Assembly (NCBI GenBank): GCA_963555755.3
Contig: OY820905.2
Span: 3,232,001 to 3,296,000, forward strand
Source: Nitrospirales bacterium
GTDB taxonomy: Bacteria > Nitrospirota > Nitrospiria > Nitrospirales > UBA8639
Length of the DNA stretch: 64,000 nt
Direction of reading: 5' to 3'
In this document: piece by piece, positions 30,012 through 39,958 of the stretch
Layout of the letters: each line of letters begins with the position of its first letter
How positions within the stretch are numbered: the stretch's first letter is position 1
Translations under genes and position numbers: made by a program
The notes under the pieces: generated by a model
What the model saw: only the letters and a program-made list of their open reading frames with translations
The model's database searches: none
What the model was told of the DNA's origin: nothing

Positions 30012-31145
30012 ATGAAATGGAGCCGATGCGTATTGCTCTTTGGGGTCTTAGCCACCTGGTCTTCCTGCAGTAGTACCCCCCAGCCGGAACCCGGTCTTCC
30101 GCCATCAGCAAGCGACCTAGAACTGCTGGGTTCGACGAAGCTGTGTGACGACCAAACTTTGATTCTCAGCCAATGGAAAGGTACGGCGTTTACTCAAGAA
30201 CCATGGGGTTCCGGGGAAAAACTTCAACGTTTGGCTCAGAGCAGTCAGCCGGATCACGACCGTTTTTATTTCTTTAATGATGAAGGGATCCTTGTTGGGG
30301 CCATCTTTCGCTACGCATCTGGGTTGAACCTGAAACCCTATCCCGTCTTACGTCAAACCCTGTCTGAATTGCCTCCTTCATCTGCCTTCTTTCTTGATCC
30401 CACACAGCTTCTCCAGAGTACGAAAGCCACATCAGCGGTCCTCTATCGTACGGGTGATAAAACAACTACCACGCAGTACCTCGTTCTTGATGACGAAGAT
30501 CGTCCGCAATTACTCGTTGCCTCAATGGCCATTGACCCCTATGAACAATTGTTATCCAGTTATCAGGAAACGTACCTGCCAGGGTTAGTCCGTTCGGCAC
30601 AAGCCGATACAGAAAAAGAATCTGCGTTGAGCCAAGACAACAAGTTTTTGGCGCTCCAACAATTCGCTCGTGGAGAAGCGGCCCTTTTCTCGTCATGTGG
30701 CCAACGACAACCCGATGTAGCCATTGATGCGTATCGACAAGCTGTGGACTACGGGTTTAAGGATACAGTGCGATTGGCTGAATCTCATCACCGTCTTGGC
30801 TTGGCTCTTCGAGAAAAGGGACAAGTCAAAGAAGCACAACAACACTTGGAAAAGGCTTTGGAGATCAGACCCAATGTGCCCGAGGTCATCAATAATCTTG
30901 GCAGTGTGTTGGCCCAACAGAAAAAACGTGCGCAGGCCGTGACACTATTCCAACAGGCCATTGTGTTACGTCCCAATTATGCGCGAGCCCGATTTAATCT
31001 GGCCGAGGTGTTAGAGAAGGTGGACGTGCGGCGAGCGATCGAAGAATATGAAACCTATCTGGCCCTAGTCGAGGGCATTCCTGAAGAAGAGCGTCGGATG
31101 TTGCTCGTCGAAGAACGTCTGAAGCGGCTCAAAGGGAACCGTTGA
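30012..31145 (+). CDS. TPR-containing lipoprotein
   Basis: Probable lipoprotein signal (WSSC); C-terminal TPR repeats (HHRLGLAL, NNLGSVL, ARFNLAEV). Confidence 0.8.
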   Translation: MKWSRCVLLFGVLATWSSCSSTPQPEPGLPPSASDLELLGSTKLCDDQTLILSQWKGTAFTQEPWGSGEKLQRLAQSSQPDHDRFYFFNDEGILVGAIFRYASGLNLKPYPVLRQTLSELPPSSAFFLDPTQLLQSTKATSAVLYRTGDKTTTTQYLVLDDEDRPQLLVASMAIDPYEQLLSSYQETYLPGLVRSAQADTEKESALSQDNKFLALQQFARGEAALFSSCGQRQPDVAIDAYRQAVDYGFKDTVRLAESHHRLGLALREKGQVKEAQQHLEKALEIRPNVPEVINNLGSVLAQQKKRAQAVTLFQQAIVLRPNYARARFNLAEVLEKVDVRRAIEEYETYLALVEGIPEEERRMLLVEERLKRLKGNR

Positions 31146-31207
31146 ATAGAAAAAATTTCATCATGCCGTTTACATGTGACTCAGGCTATGAAATGCCAAG
31201 AGCAATG

Positions 31208-31330
31208 GGGGATGTTCAAAAAGGTGCGCTCAGCAAGGCCGCAGGCCCTTTGACGCGCGGAGCGTACTCATAGTACGTGAGCACGACAAAGGGCCGAGAA
31301 CGCCGCTGACGCCCTTTTTCAACATTCCCC
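31208..31330. mobile_element. MITE family A, short form
   Basis: GGATGTTCAAAAAG...TTTTTCAACATTCCC with the family core. Confidence 0.8.
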
Positions 31331-31350
31331 AAAGGGAAATAATCACTTCC

Positions 31351-31983
31351 ATGAAATTCTATGCGGTTCGGGTTGGGCGTTCGCCCGGTATTTATACGAC
31401 GTGGGATTCCTGTGCCACACAAGTGAAAGGATTTCCGGGAGCCGTCTATAAATCCTTCAAAACCCAGGAAGAAGCTCGGTTGTTTATGGGTGAGGAGATA
31501 GATGGGCCTCAACCGGGGACCGGGAGGGGCAGTACCACGAAGTCATCATCAACTGCTGTTCATATTTGGGTGGATGGGTCCTGTATCCATAATCATGGCG
31601 AAGCCATGCAACTCGGCTGGGGCTATCTCATTCGCGAGGGCAACCGGGAACTTCATCGCGCCAGCGGAAACGATATTCCCGAAGAGGCTCGGCACCATCG
31701 CAATGTGGCCGGTGAGATTCAAGCCGTGTTGAAAGCCCTGGAATGGTGTGGAGAACGCGGTATCCCCAGCGCGACCATTTATTTCGATTACCAAGGGTTG
31801 GCAGAATGGGTGAACGGCTTCTGGAAGGCAAAAATGCCTTTTACCCAGGCTTATGTTGCCACCGTGAAATCACATGGAATGGATCTTCGATGGGTAAAGG
31901 TCTTGGCCCATTCCGGAGAAGAGTTTAACGAGATCGTGGATCAATTGGCCCGAGATGCCGCCCGAGCAGAACGTAAGACGTGA
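31351..31983 (+). CDS. rnhA: Ribonuclease HI with N-terminal viroplasmin/hybrid-binding domain
   Basis: KFYAVRVGRSPGIYTTW..YKSF; WVDGS, RNVAGEI, DYQG, AHSG..NEIVDQLA. Confidence 0.9.
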   Translation: MKFYAVRVGRSPGIYTTWDSCATQVKGFPGAVYKSFKTQEEARLFMGEEIDGPQPGTGRGSTTKSSSTAVHIWVDGSCIHNHGEAMQLGWGYLIREGNRELHRASGNDIPEEARHHRNVAGEIQAVLKALEWCGERGIPSATIYFDYQGLAEWVNGFWKAKMPFTQAYVATVKSHGMDLRWVKVLAHSGEEFNEIVDQLARDAARAERKT

Positions 31984-32034
31984 TGCGTAATGGGTGATGC
32001 GTAAACCAAAAAATGGGGTTCACGCATAACGCTT
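31980..32034. repeat. Heptamer inverted array (gtgatgc type) between convergent genes
   Basis: gtgatgc gtaatgg gtgatgc gtaa ... ttcacgc ataacgc. Confidence 0.65.
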
Positions 32035-33024
32035 CTACAGCTTCCCTTCCCCTTTGAGATACTTCCGAAATCGACCCATCAATTCTTCCCCCAACACCCC
32101 GACTTCGGGTTTCTCTTTGTTCATAAATTCTCGAATTTCGGAAAGGCGCTGTTCCGCTTGATCATTACCCTTGAGCCGTTTGACTTTGTGCAGAGCATCA
32201 TCAAAGGCGTCGAAGGTGAGTTCTTTGTATCCAAACGCGCGAATGCGTTTGACCGCTTTCATCATGGCTTCATTCCGGAACACGGTGAGATGTTCCGAAT
32301 CAATTTCCTTTAACCCCAACTTTCTCGCACGACGCTCCGCGGCTTTTCGAATACCGCTACGGACAAAGTCCGGCGAAGTATTCAATCGTTTCCAGGCTTC
32401 ATCGGTCCAGTCTACCCGTTCCTGTGGAGCGTCCCAAATGGAAGTGAGGGTGGGTTCATCAATGATGGTCTTGCCAGACTCTCGAGCCAAATCTTCGGCA
32501 TCACGCTTGAGCATGTCTGTCACAAATTCAAGTGCGATGGGAGGAGAGTTTTTGATTTTGTTACGCAACATAGCCTGGGCGCCCTCGGTCCATTCGAGAG
32601 GCGTCAACGCCTTTTCGGCCCGTTCTCCCATGGATTCAACTTTTTCAAATAGGTCGACGTTGACTTCCATATGGCCGCCCTCACGAGCGACCTCTTCGGT
32701 AATTTGCCGGATCATTGCACGCATAAATTCAGGGACCGTCTCTAATCGTTTTTTGGCTTCCGCCGTCCAAGGCAAACGTCCTTTGGCCATTTGATCGGCA
32801 GCTTCGGCCATGCCCGCTTCCCCACCCATCCCACCCATCATTTGCTTTTTGAATTGATCAAGCAGTTCCCCGGTGATTTCTTCTCGCCCAAGCTCGCCGG
32901 CTTTTTTCTCAGCCAATCGTTTGACCATCCCGCGTAAAAAAATTGGAGCTCGCTCCAATCGTTGAAGAGCATCGGAAGTCCAGCTGACGGTCGTGGTGGT
33001 GGTTTCAGGTTCTGAGGGACTCAT
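32035..33024 (-). CDS. Protein with four tandem PCP_red-like domains
   Basis: Four repeats beginning WTSDA, WTAEA, WTEGA and WTDEA with a P.F.R pattern. Confidence 0.8.
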   Translation of the reverse strand: MSPSEPETTTTTVSWTSDALQRLERAPIFLRGMVKRLAEKKAGELGREEITGELLDQFKKQMMGGMGGEAGMAEAADQMAKGRLPWTAEAKKRLETVPEFMRAMIRQITEEVAREGGHMEVNVDLFEKVESMGERAEKALTPLEWTEGAQAMLRNKIKNSPPIALEFVTDMLKRDAEDLARESGKTIIDEPTLTSIWDAPQERVDWTDEAWKRLNTSPDFVRSGIRKAAERRARKLGLKEIDSEHLTVFRNEAMMKAVKRIRAFGYKELTFDAFDDALHKVKRLKGNDQAEQRLSEIREFMNKEKPEVGVLGEELMGRFRKYLKGEGKL

Positions 33025-33320
33025 ATATCTATTCCTGCTGAATCACTGTTCAGTAATTCTTTGATTTCTTTCCCGGCCTTGAAAAAGGGCATCCGTTTTT
33101 CGGGGACAGCCACGGTTTCTCCGGTTTTGGGGTTGCGTCCATCTTTGGTTCGCCTGGTCCGTAATCGAAAACTTCCGAAACCTCGTATTTCCGTTTTCTC
33201 GCCTCTTTTCAAGGCATCACGGATTGAATCGAAGATGCAGTTCACGACTTTCTCCGCATCTCGCCGACTGAAAGTCGTGGCTTTTTCCGTGACTTTTTCA
33301 ATCAAGTGTGCTTTGGTCAT
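33021..33320 (-). CDS. ihfB: Integration host factor beta / HU family
   Basis: EIRGFGSF, GRNPKTGE, PFFKAGKE; downstream of rpsA-sppA. Confidence 0.9.
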   Translation of the reverse strand: MTKAHLIEKVTEKATTFSRRDAEKVVNCIFDSIRDALKRGEKTEIRGFGSFRLRTRRTKDGRNPKTGETVAVPEKRMPFFKAGKEIKELLNSDSAGIDI

Positions 33321-33415
33321 TGACCCTCTCCTTGATTCATCATTGATAAATCGTTTGGCGCGCGAAAAGCGGAGTGTAACAGTCAGGGACGATCAGCGTC
33401 TCCTTGTCAACCTTA

Positions 33416-33571
33416 GGGCTCGCGCAAAAATAAATCCCCGTGTTTTGGCGTTGATCCATCCTGTCTGGCGGTGTTGCTCGTCCTTTCCATAGGAGAGTAT
33501 GCGCAGTCCTCGCGCCTTGCCAAACAGGCGCCTCAGCACCAAAACATAGGTATTTATTTTTGCGCGAGCCC
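33416..33571. mobile_element. MITE family C
   Basis: TIR GGGCTCGCGCAAAAATAA; TTA on both sides, the right one being the sppA stop codon. Confidence 0.85.
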
Positions 33572-34465
33572 TTATAAAGCCATGAAATACATTAAGTTGA
33601 GACCCGTGTGAAGGGGTATCGCCGATGTGCCACCCAAAAATCGGTTCTCCATGAACTCCCGAAAGGAGAACGGCTTCTGGGTTTCCACCACATAGGGACG
33701 CTCTTTTATACCACTCATTTCAGCAGCGAGTTTGATCGCCTGGTGGAGATCACCAAGCTCATCCACGAGCAGAACATCCTTGGCTTGTTGCCCCGTGAAA
33801 ATTCGGCCATCAGCCAGAACTTCCACGTCGGCAATGTCCAAGGAACGGCCATCCGCCACCGCTTCGATAAATTGACGATGAGCATCATCCATCACGGACT
33901 GTAGATATTGCCGTTCATCATCGGTCATCGTTCGAAAGGGAGAGCCGACATCTTTGTATTGGCCACTTTTGATGACGGTATTTCGAATGCCGATTTTCTC
34001 CATGAGGTCTTCAAAGTTCGCCAATTGCATGATGACCCCAATGCTTCCAGTCAATGTTCCCGGATTAGCCAAGATTCGATCTGAGGCGACGGCAATATAG
34101 TATCCGCCTGATGCGGCCACGGTGCCCATCGATGCCACGATGGTTTTTTGATGGTCTTTTCGAACACGCTTAACCGCATTGTAGATTTCTTGCGAAGCCG
34201 CGACGCCTCCGCCCGGGCTGTCTATACGCAGAACAATCGCTTTGACGAGGGGATCTTCGCCATATCGTTCAAGTTCCCCTACCGTGGCTCGTGAATCAAG
34301 GATGGCACCTTCAATTCTGATGAGGGCAATACGTTCTTTTCCCATGTTGGCCAGGTCAGGGAGCAGGGCCTTGCCAATCATGGTCAACATCAAGGCACCG
34401 AGGAGCATCCAAAATATGCGCCGCCAGCGAGAGGGTTTTGAGCGTGATGTGGTCTCGTCAGACAT
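33572..34465 (-). CDS. sppA: Signal peptide peptidase SppA (short form)
   Basis: LRIDSPGG, AASGGYYIA, TGSIGV. Confidence 0.93.
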   Translation of the reverse strand: MSDETTSRSKPSRWRRIFWMLLGALMLTMIGKALLPDLANMGKERIALIRIEGAILDSRATVGELERYGEDPLVKAIVLRIDSPGGGVAASQEIYNAVKRVRKDHQKTIVASMGTVAASGGYYIAVASDRILANPGTLTGSIGVIMQLANFEDLMEKIGIRNTVIKSGQYKDVGSPFRTMTDDERQYLQSVMDDAHRQFIEAVADGRSLDIADVEVLADGRIFTGQQAKDVLLVDELGDLHQAIKLAAEMSGIKERPYVVETQKPFSFREFMENRFLGGTSAIPLHTGLNLMYFMAL

Positions 34466-34480
34466 GTGATGCCCCAATCC

Positions 34481-36190
34481 TTACTCGCTCTCTTGCTCAG
34501 GAGCAGTGTCATTGTCTTGGGCAGCTCGCCCGAGACTGTGGTCGATATCGCCCTGCGAACTATTTGAGGTTTCAAGTTCAGCCGTATCCGCTTCTTGTGA
34601 GAATTCCCGCACACTCAAGGCGATCTTTCGTTCTTCGCAATCGACTTTGACGACTTTGGCGGTAATGGGCTCGCCAATTTTGAACAGCTCCTCTAATTTC
34701 CCCTGTCGATCTTTGCCGGTTTCACTAATATGGATGAGCCCTTCCACATCCCCTTCTAATTCGATGAACACGCCAAAATCGGCGATCTTTGTAATGGTCC
34801 CGGACGTTGTGCCACCGACTTGATAGCGAGACGGGATTTCCGTTTCCCAAGGGTCAGAAGTCAGTTGTTTGTAACCCAGGGACAAACGTTCTTTTTCTTT
34901 ATCGATCCGCAAAATTATGGCTTCCACGCGCTGGGCCTTTTTAAACAACTCCGACGGATGTTTGATATGTTTGGTCCAGGACATATCCGAAATGTGGATC
35001 AACCCATCGATGCCTTCGTCTAAGCCCACAAAGGCTCCAAAGTCCGTGACGCTTTTGACCTTGCCTTCGATTTGGGTTCCTACGGGGTACCGAGACTGAA
35101 TGATATCCCATGGGTTGGGGGCGGTTTGTTTCATCCCGAGGGAGATCTTACGCCCTTGTTGGTCAACATGGAGAACTTGCGCATCGATCGCATCGCCAAC
35201 GGTGACCACGCGGGAAGGATGACGGACTTCATGAGTCCATGACATTTCCGACACATGGACCAGACCTTCAACGCCAGGTTCTAATTCCACGAAGGCCCCA
35301 TAATCTGTCAGGCTGACGACTTTGCCGGCCACGCGGGTACCTTCTGGATACTTTGTAGCAATTTCCATCCACGGATCCGCGGTTTTTTGTTTTAAGCCAA
35401 GAGAAATTCTTCCTGTCTCTTTGTCGTATTTCAGGACTAACACCTCCAGGCGATCCCCGACAGAAAACATGTCTGACGGATGACCAACGCGACCCCACGA
35501 GATGTCCGTGATGTGCAAGAGCCCGTCGATGCCGCCAAGATCCAGGAATGCCCCGTAGTCCGTGATGTTTTTCACGGTGCCTTCGATCAACTGTCCTTCG
35601 GCTAACGTGGCTAACGTCGTTTGACGCTTTTTATCTCGGGTTTCTTCCAACAATGCGCGGCGAGAGATGACCACATTTCCGCGCCGGTGATTAATTTTAA
35701 TGATTTTAAACGGGAAGGTTTTGCCGACAAGACCATCTAAATCTCTCACCGGTGTTAAGTCAATTTGAGACCCGGGCAGGAAAGCTTTCACCCCTATATC
35801 GACCATCATGCCACCCTTGATACGGGAAATGACTTTCCCTTGCACTTCTTTCTCTTCGTTGTGGGACACCTCCAGCTCTTCCCATATTTTCATTTTGTCC
35901 GCTTTTTCTTTGGACAAAACGAGATTGCCTTCGGAATCCTCGCGTTGCTCGATATACACCTGGAACAAATCCCCTTCCGCTAGGGTGGGGAGTTCTTCAG
36001 GAAGGAATTGATTCATGGGAATCATGCCTTCCGACTTATAACCAATATCCACAATGACCCGGTCTTTTTGGATGGCCACCACTCGACCTTCGGTAATGGT
36101 GCCTTCCTCAAAATTCCGGAAGGTTTCTTCATACATTGCGGCTAACGTACTCTCGTCAATTTCTTCAATGGGGTCGGATATGGTACTCAT
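34481..36190 (-). CDS. rpsA: 30S ribosomal protein S1
   Basis: Six S1 repeats (DYGAF..GLLHITD etc.). Confidence 0.98.
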   Translation of the reverse strand: MSTISDPIEEIDESTLAAMYEETFRNFEEGTITEGRVVAIQKDRVIVDIGYKSEGMIPMNQFLPEELPTLAEGDLFQVYIEQREDSEGNLVLSKEKADKMKIWEELEVSHNEEKEVQGKVISRIKGGMMVDIGVKAFLPGSQIDLTPVRDLDGLVGKTFPFKIIKINHRRGNVVISRRALLEETRDKKRQTTLATLAEGQLIEGTVKNITDYGAFLDLGGIDGLLHITDISWGRVGHPSDMFSVGDRLEVLVLKYDKETGRISLGLKQKTADPWMEIATKYPEGTRVAGKVVSLTDYGAFVELEPGVEGLVHVSEMSWTHEVRHPSRVVTVGDAIDAQVLHVDQQGRKISLGMKQTAPNPWDIIQSRYPVGTQIEGKVKSVTDFGAFVGLDEGIDGLIHISDMSWTKHIKHPSELFKKAQRVEAIILRIDKEKERLSLGYKQLTSDPWETEIPSRYQVGGTTSGTITKIADFGVFIELEGDVEGLIHISETGKDRQGKLEELFKIGEPITAKVVKVDCEERKIALSVREFSQEADTAELETSNSSQGDIDHSLGRAAQDNDTAPEQESE

Positions 36191-36281
36191 TCAATTCCTT
36201 CAGTCTTTCACTCGTAGTAGGGCTACGGAGGTGATAGGGGTCTCCAGCTTTAGATTGACGTGGTGGCTAGATCACCCTGGT

Positions 36282-36923
36282 TTATAATGCCGGTTCCCCT
36301 GATTGGCCCACGCGCTTCAAATCAGCAATCCGGTCCATGACAGTCTGACTAATATGTGTGTACAGTTCCTTGCCTTGATATCGCTCCAGGTCGTGACGAA
36401 AGTCTACGGGTTTCCCAAACCTCACCGCCACTGGATAAGGCCGTAACCAAGAGGCGCCCATCGGCAATACCCGAAACGTGCCGTCAAGGTATACGGGAAT
36501 GACCGGGCATTGAGCTTCGGCAACGATCATTCCAATCCCAGGCTTTCCCGGCTGCAAATTTCCGTCCGGCGATCTTTTGCCTTCAGGAAAAATTACCACG
36601 GCTTTCCCCGCATTGAGCATATCAATGACGTACTGAAATGCCTTCCGGTCCCACCGTTCCGGTCTTATCGGGATCCACCCCAACGACCGAATAATCCAGC
36701 TCACGACCGAATTCGGGAACAAATTGGCGCGACCTACATAGAAAACACGTCGTGGGATCCCACACCCGAGTAACGGGATATCCGCATAACTCACATGGTT
36801 CGCAGCGAAGAGGACCCCACCCCTTCGGGGAATATGTTCCGCGCCATCAGTTCGATATCGAAGGAAGAGGCGACTCAGGCTCCGAAACAGGATCCACAAG
36901 ATCCCATAGACGATAGTGCTCAC
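36282..36923 (-). CDS. plsC: 1-acyl-sn-glycerol-3-phosphate acyltransferase
   Basis: NHVSYAD, IFPEG. Confidence 0.92.
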   Translation of the reverse strand: MSTIVYGILWILFRSLSRLFLRYRTDGAEHIPRRGGVLFAANHVSYADIPLLGCGIPRRVFYVGRANLFPNSVVSWIIRSLGWIPIRPERWDRKAFQYVIDMLNAGKAVVIFPEGKRSPDGNLQPGKPGIGMIVAEAQCPVIPVYLDGTFRVLPMGASWLRPYPVAVRFGKPVDFRHDLERYQGKELYTHISQTVMDRIADLKRVGQSGEPAL

Positions 36924-37606
36924 AGGCGAGCCGAGATGGACTCCAGCATGGTGGCCACGACTTCATCAACGGTCAAAGATGAAGAATCAATCACGACGGC
37001 ATCGGCAGCCGGAACCAAGGGGGCGATATCCCGTGACTGGTCGCGCGTATCGCGATCATGAATTTGGTTCCGAATATCTTCCTGGTTTCCGCCATGTCCG
37101 GCTTGACGGCTTTCTTGATACCGCCGTGTTGTTCGGGTATCAAGATCAGCCTTCAAAAAAAACTTTACATCGGCATCAGGAAACACGCGAGTTCCCATAT
37201 CTCGCCCTTCCGCAACGATTCCACCTGTTTGACCAAACCGTTGCTGAATAGGCAATAACCAGTCTCTGACCTCTGGCATAGCAGCCACCGTTGAGGCGAC
37301 TCGAGTCACCTCGGGATCTCGAAGATAGGCAGTCACATCTTGGGAATCCACGATGGTGCGAGTAGTGTCGTCTTCTAATGTCACATGCAAGTCCATCTGT
37401 TGCAAGAGGTTCTGTATCGCAACAGAGTCGGAGTAATTGGTTTCTGAGACCTTCGCTTTCCATGCTACCGCACGATACAACGCGCCAGTATCTAAATAGA
37501 TATACCCGAGCTTGGTGGCTAACGCTCGAGCGGTTGTACTCTTTCCGGCCCCAGCAGGACCATCAATAGTAATGACTAACCGTCGCGTTTTGGCAGACGC
37601 CTTCAA
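36920..37606 (-). CDS. cmk: Cytidylate kinase
   Basis: IDGPAGAGKST, DTGALYR, EGRDMGT. Confidence 0.96.
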   Translation of the reverse strand: MKASAKTRRLVITIDGPAGAGKSTTARALATKLGYIYLDTGALYRAVAWKAKVSETNYSDSVAIQNLLQQMDLHVTLEDDTTRTIVDSQDVTAYLRDPEVTRVASTVAAMPEVRDWLLPIQQRFGQTGGIVAEGRDMGTRVFPDADVKFFLKADLDTRTTRRYQESRQAGHGGNQEDIRNQIHDRDTRDQSRDIAPLVPAADAVVIDSSSLTVDEVVATMLESISARL

Positions 37607-37639
37607 GATTTTCGTCTAAAATATCGATTATTATAGGAT

Positions 37640-38935
37640 TCAATTGGAATTTGTCAATAATTCCAATAGCTTGCCATGAAAACCCGGGAAGGATGTTTCA
37701 ATGCAATCGGTATCGTCGATCACGGTGGGAGACTCGGCGGTCAATGCGGCAATCGCAATGGCCATGGCCACGCGATGATCCCCGTGACTTTGACAATGTC
37801 CCCCTTGAAGGCTCGATCCCCCCTGGACCACAAACCCATCCGGCGTTTCCTCAATGGCGACATTGAGCTTTTTCAGCTCAGTGGCCATGGCCTGAATACG
37901 ATCTGTCTCTTTGACGCGAAGTTCCTCCGCACCGGTGACGGTGGTTTGCCCTTGTGCCAGCGCAGCCGCCACACAGAAGATCGGAAATTCATCAATCGTT
38001 TTAGGGACTTGGTCGGCACCAATAGAAATGCCCCGAAGAGGGGCGGTTCGGATCATAAGGTCGCCTACGGGTTCGCCTGACTCATCTCGTTGATTGTCAA
38101 TCTGAATGTTGGCGCCCATTTCGGTGAGAATATCAAGAATACCGGTTCGGGCTGGATTTAACCCAATATTAGGAATTCTGACCTCTGAATCTGGAACAAT
38201 CGAGGCCCCGACAATGAAAAAGGCCGCAGCGGAAAGATCCCCAGGAACGAAAAGGTCTTTAGCCTGAAAAGATTGCCCGCCTGTTACACGGATCGAATTC
38301 CCCTCCACCTCAAACGGGATGCCCAAGAACCGAAACATCCGCTCGGTATGGTCGCGGGATTGCAACGGCTCGGAAAATCGTGTGTCCCCTTCAGCAAAAA
38401 GTCCGGCCAACAGGACTGCGGATTTGATTTGGGCACTCGACACGGGGGAGACATAGTCAGATCCTTTTAATCGCGAACCCGTCACGGCCAGCGGAGCTAA
38501 GGCCCCTCCATTTCGTCCTTGGATGTGAGCGCCCATGAGTTGAAGAGGTTTCACAATGCGGCCCATGGGCCGACTCCGCAAGGAGGCATCCCCGGTCAGG
38601 ACTGTGAAGAACTGCTGCCCCGCCAACACTCCAGTGAGGAGCCGAAGCCCGGTACCGGAATTACCACAATCCAAAGGTTCGGCAGGTTCTGTGAGGCCCC
38701 ACAATCCTTTTCCAGAAACATGGACTTGATCGGGTTCAACTTCTATTGGAATTCCCAACTTCTGTAATACTGAAAGTGTATTCAAGCAATCTTCGCCTCG
38801 ACAATAACCACGGATCGTCGAGTCTCCCTCAGCTAGGGCACTGAGAATCAGAGCCCGATGGGTGATCGACTTGTCCCCTGGAACGTGAACGGTTCCGCGA
38901 AGAGGACCTTTGGGTGTGATGGTCAGAGAACTCAT
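37640..38935 (-). CDS. aroA: 3-phosphoshikimate 1-carboxyvinyltransferase
   Basis: PGDKSITHR, GNSGT, SAQIKS, RVKETDRI, DHRVAM. Confidence 0.97.
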   Translation of the reverse strand: MSSLTITPKGPLRGTVHVPGDKSITHRALILSALAEGDSTIRGYCRGEDCLNTLSVLQKLGIPIEVEPDQVHVSGKGLWGLTEPAEPLDCGNSGTGLRLLTGVLAGQQFFTVLTGDASLRSRPMGRIVKPLQLMGAHIQGRNGGALAPLAVTGSRLKGSDYVSPVSSAQIKSAVLLAGLFAEGDTRFSEPLQSRDHTERMFRFLGIPFEVEGNSIRVTGGQSFQAKDLFVPGDLSAAAFFIVGASIVPDSEVRIPNIGLNPARTGILDILTEMGANIQIDNQRDESGEPVGDLMIRTAPLRGISIGADQVPKTIDEFPIFCVAAALAQGQTTVTGAEELRVKETDRIQAMATELKKLNVAIEETPDGFVVQGGSSLQGGHCQSHGDHRVAMAIAIAALTAESPTVIDDTDCIETSFPGFHGKLLELLTNSN

Positions 38936-39804
38936 TTCAAGCGTTGCCGAGCGTCGCGGGCTTTGGCGATTTCGCGTTCAATCCCGGAGCCGTCGTGCTC
39001 TTTAATATAGGTCTTCATTCGACCCAAATGTTGTTCAAATGCTTCAATCATCGGAATCAGATTGTCCCGATTCCATAAAAAAATGTCTCGCCACATCTCG
39101 GGTGAACTAGCCGCAATCCTGGTCGTATCTCGAAGTCCGCCACCGGAAAAATCCAACAAGTCCGGATCACCTTTGGTTTGTCCCTGCAGATCGTTGAGGG
39201 CATTCATTAAGGAAAAGGCGGCAACGTGGGGCAAGTGACTCACGGCTCCCAAAACCCAATCGTGTAAAAAGGGATCGATCGATTGCACGATCGAACCCGT
39301 TGCTTCCCAAATCTGTTGAATCTTGTGTAACGCCTCAGGATTGGTTTTGGTCGTAGGGGTCAACAGGCACAAAGCATTCTGATACAAATCCAGACATGCC
39401 GCCCCAACGCCGGACGTTTCTTTCCCAGCAATCGGATGCGCCCCGACAAAGTGAACCCCAGCAGGCAGGAGCGATTCTGACTGCTCGACGAGTGGTCCTT
39501 TCACGCTTCCCACGTCACTGACAATGGTTCCTTCAGCCAGAAGCCCGCCCCATTTTTTCAGGTGCGGGGCATAGCTTTCGACCGGTGTGGCTAAAATCAC
39601 CAGGTCGGTTCCTGGCATGGCACGTGTAGGGTCTTGCTCGTACCGATCGATAGCGCCAAGCTTGATGGCCAATGCTAAGTTCTCAATTGTTCGGCCCACC
39701 CCGACGACATGATCGGCCAGTCCGTCTCGTTTGAGAATCATGCCTAGAGATCCGCCGATGAGGCCGACCCCGACGATTGTAACCTGTTTAAAATGCACGG
39801 TCAT
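38932..39804 (-). CDS. tyrA: Prephenate/arogenate dehydrogenase
   Basis: GVGLIGGS, DVGSVK, HPIAG, SHLPH, RDTTRIA. Confidence 0.95.
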   Translation of the reverse strand: MTVHFKQVTIVGVGLIGGSLGMILKRDGLADHVVGVGRTIENLALAIKLGAIDRYEQDPTRAMPGTDLVILATPVESYAPHLKKWGGLLAEGTIVSDVGSVKGPLVEQSESLLPAGVHFVGAHPIAGKETSGVGAACLDLYQNALCLLTPTTKTNPEALHKIQQIWEATGSIVQSIDPFLHDWVLGAVSHLPHVAAFSLMNALNDLQGQTKGDPDLLDFSGGGLRDTTRIAASSPEMWRDIFLWNRDNLIPMIEAFEQHLGRMKTYIKEHDGSGIEREIAKARDARQRLK

Positions 39805-39821
39805 TTTGGTGGGATAACAAA

Positions 39822-39946
39822 TCGTGATGAGTGATGATGAACAAGTAATGGGTAAGGGGAAAAAGTCGTGAAGCGTAAACCGTCATGCGTAAACCGTAGA
39901 GAAAAAGACTTTCCCCCTTTTACGCATCACGCCTTACGCATCACGT
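39822..39946. repeat. Heptamer inverted array (cgtgaag/cgtaaac type) inside the operon
   Basis: cgtgaag cgtaaac cgtcatg cgtaaac ... ttacgca tcacgcc ttacgca tcacg. Confidence 0.75.
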
Positions 39947-39958
39947 CCCAAGGTGTGC

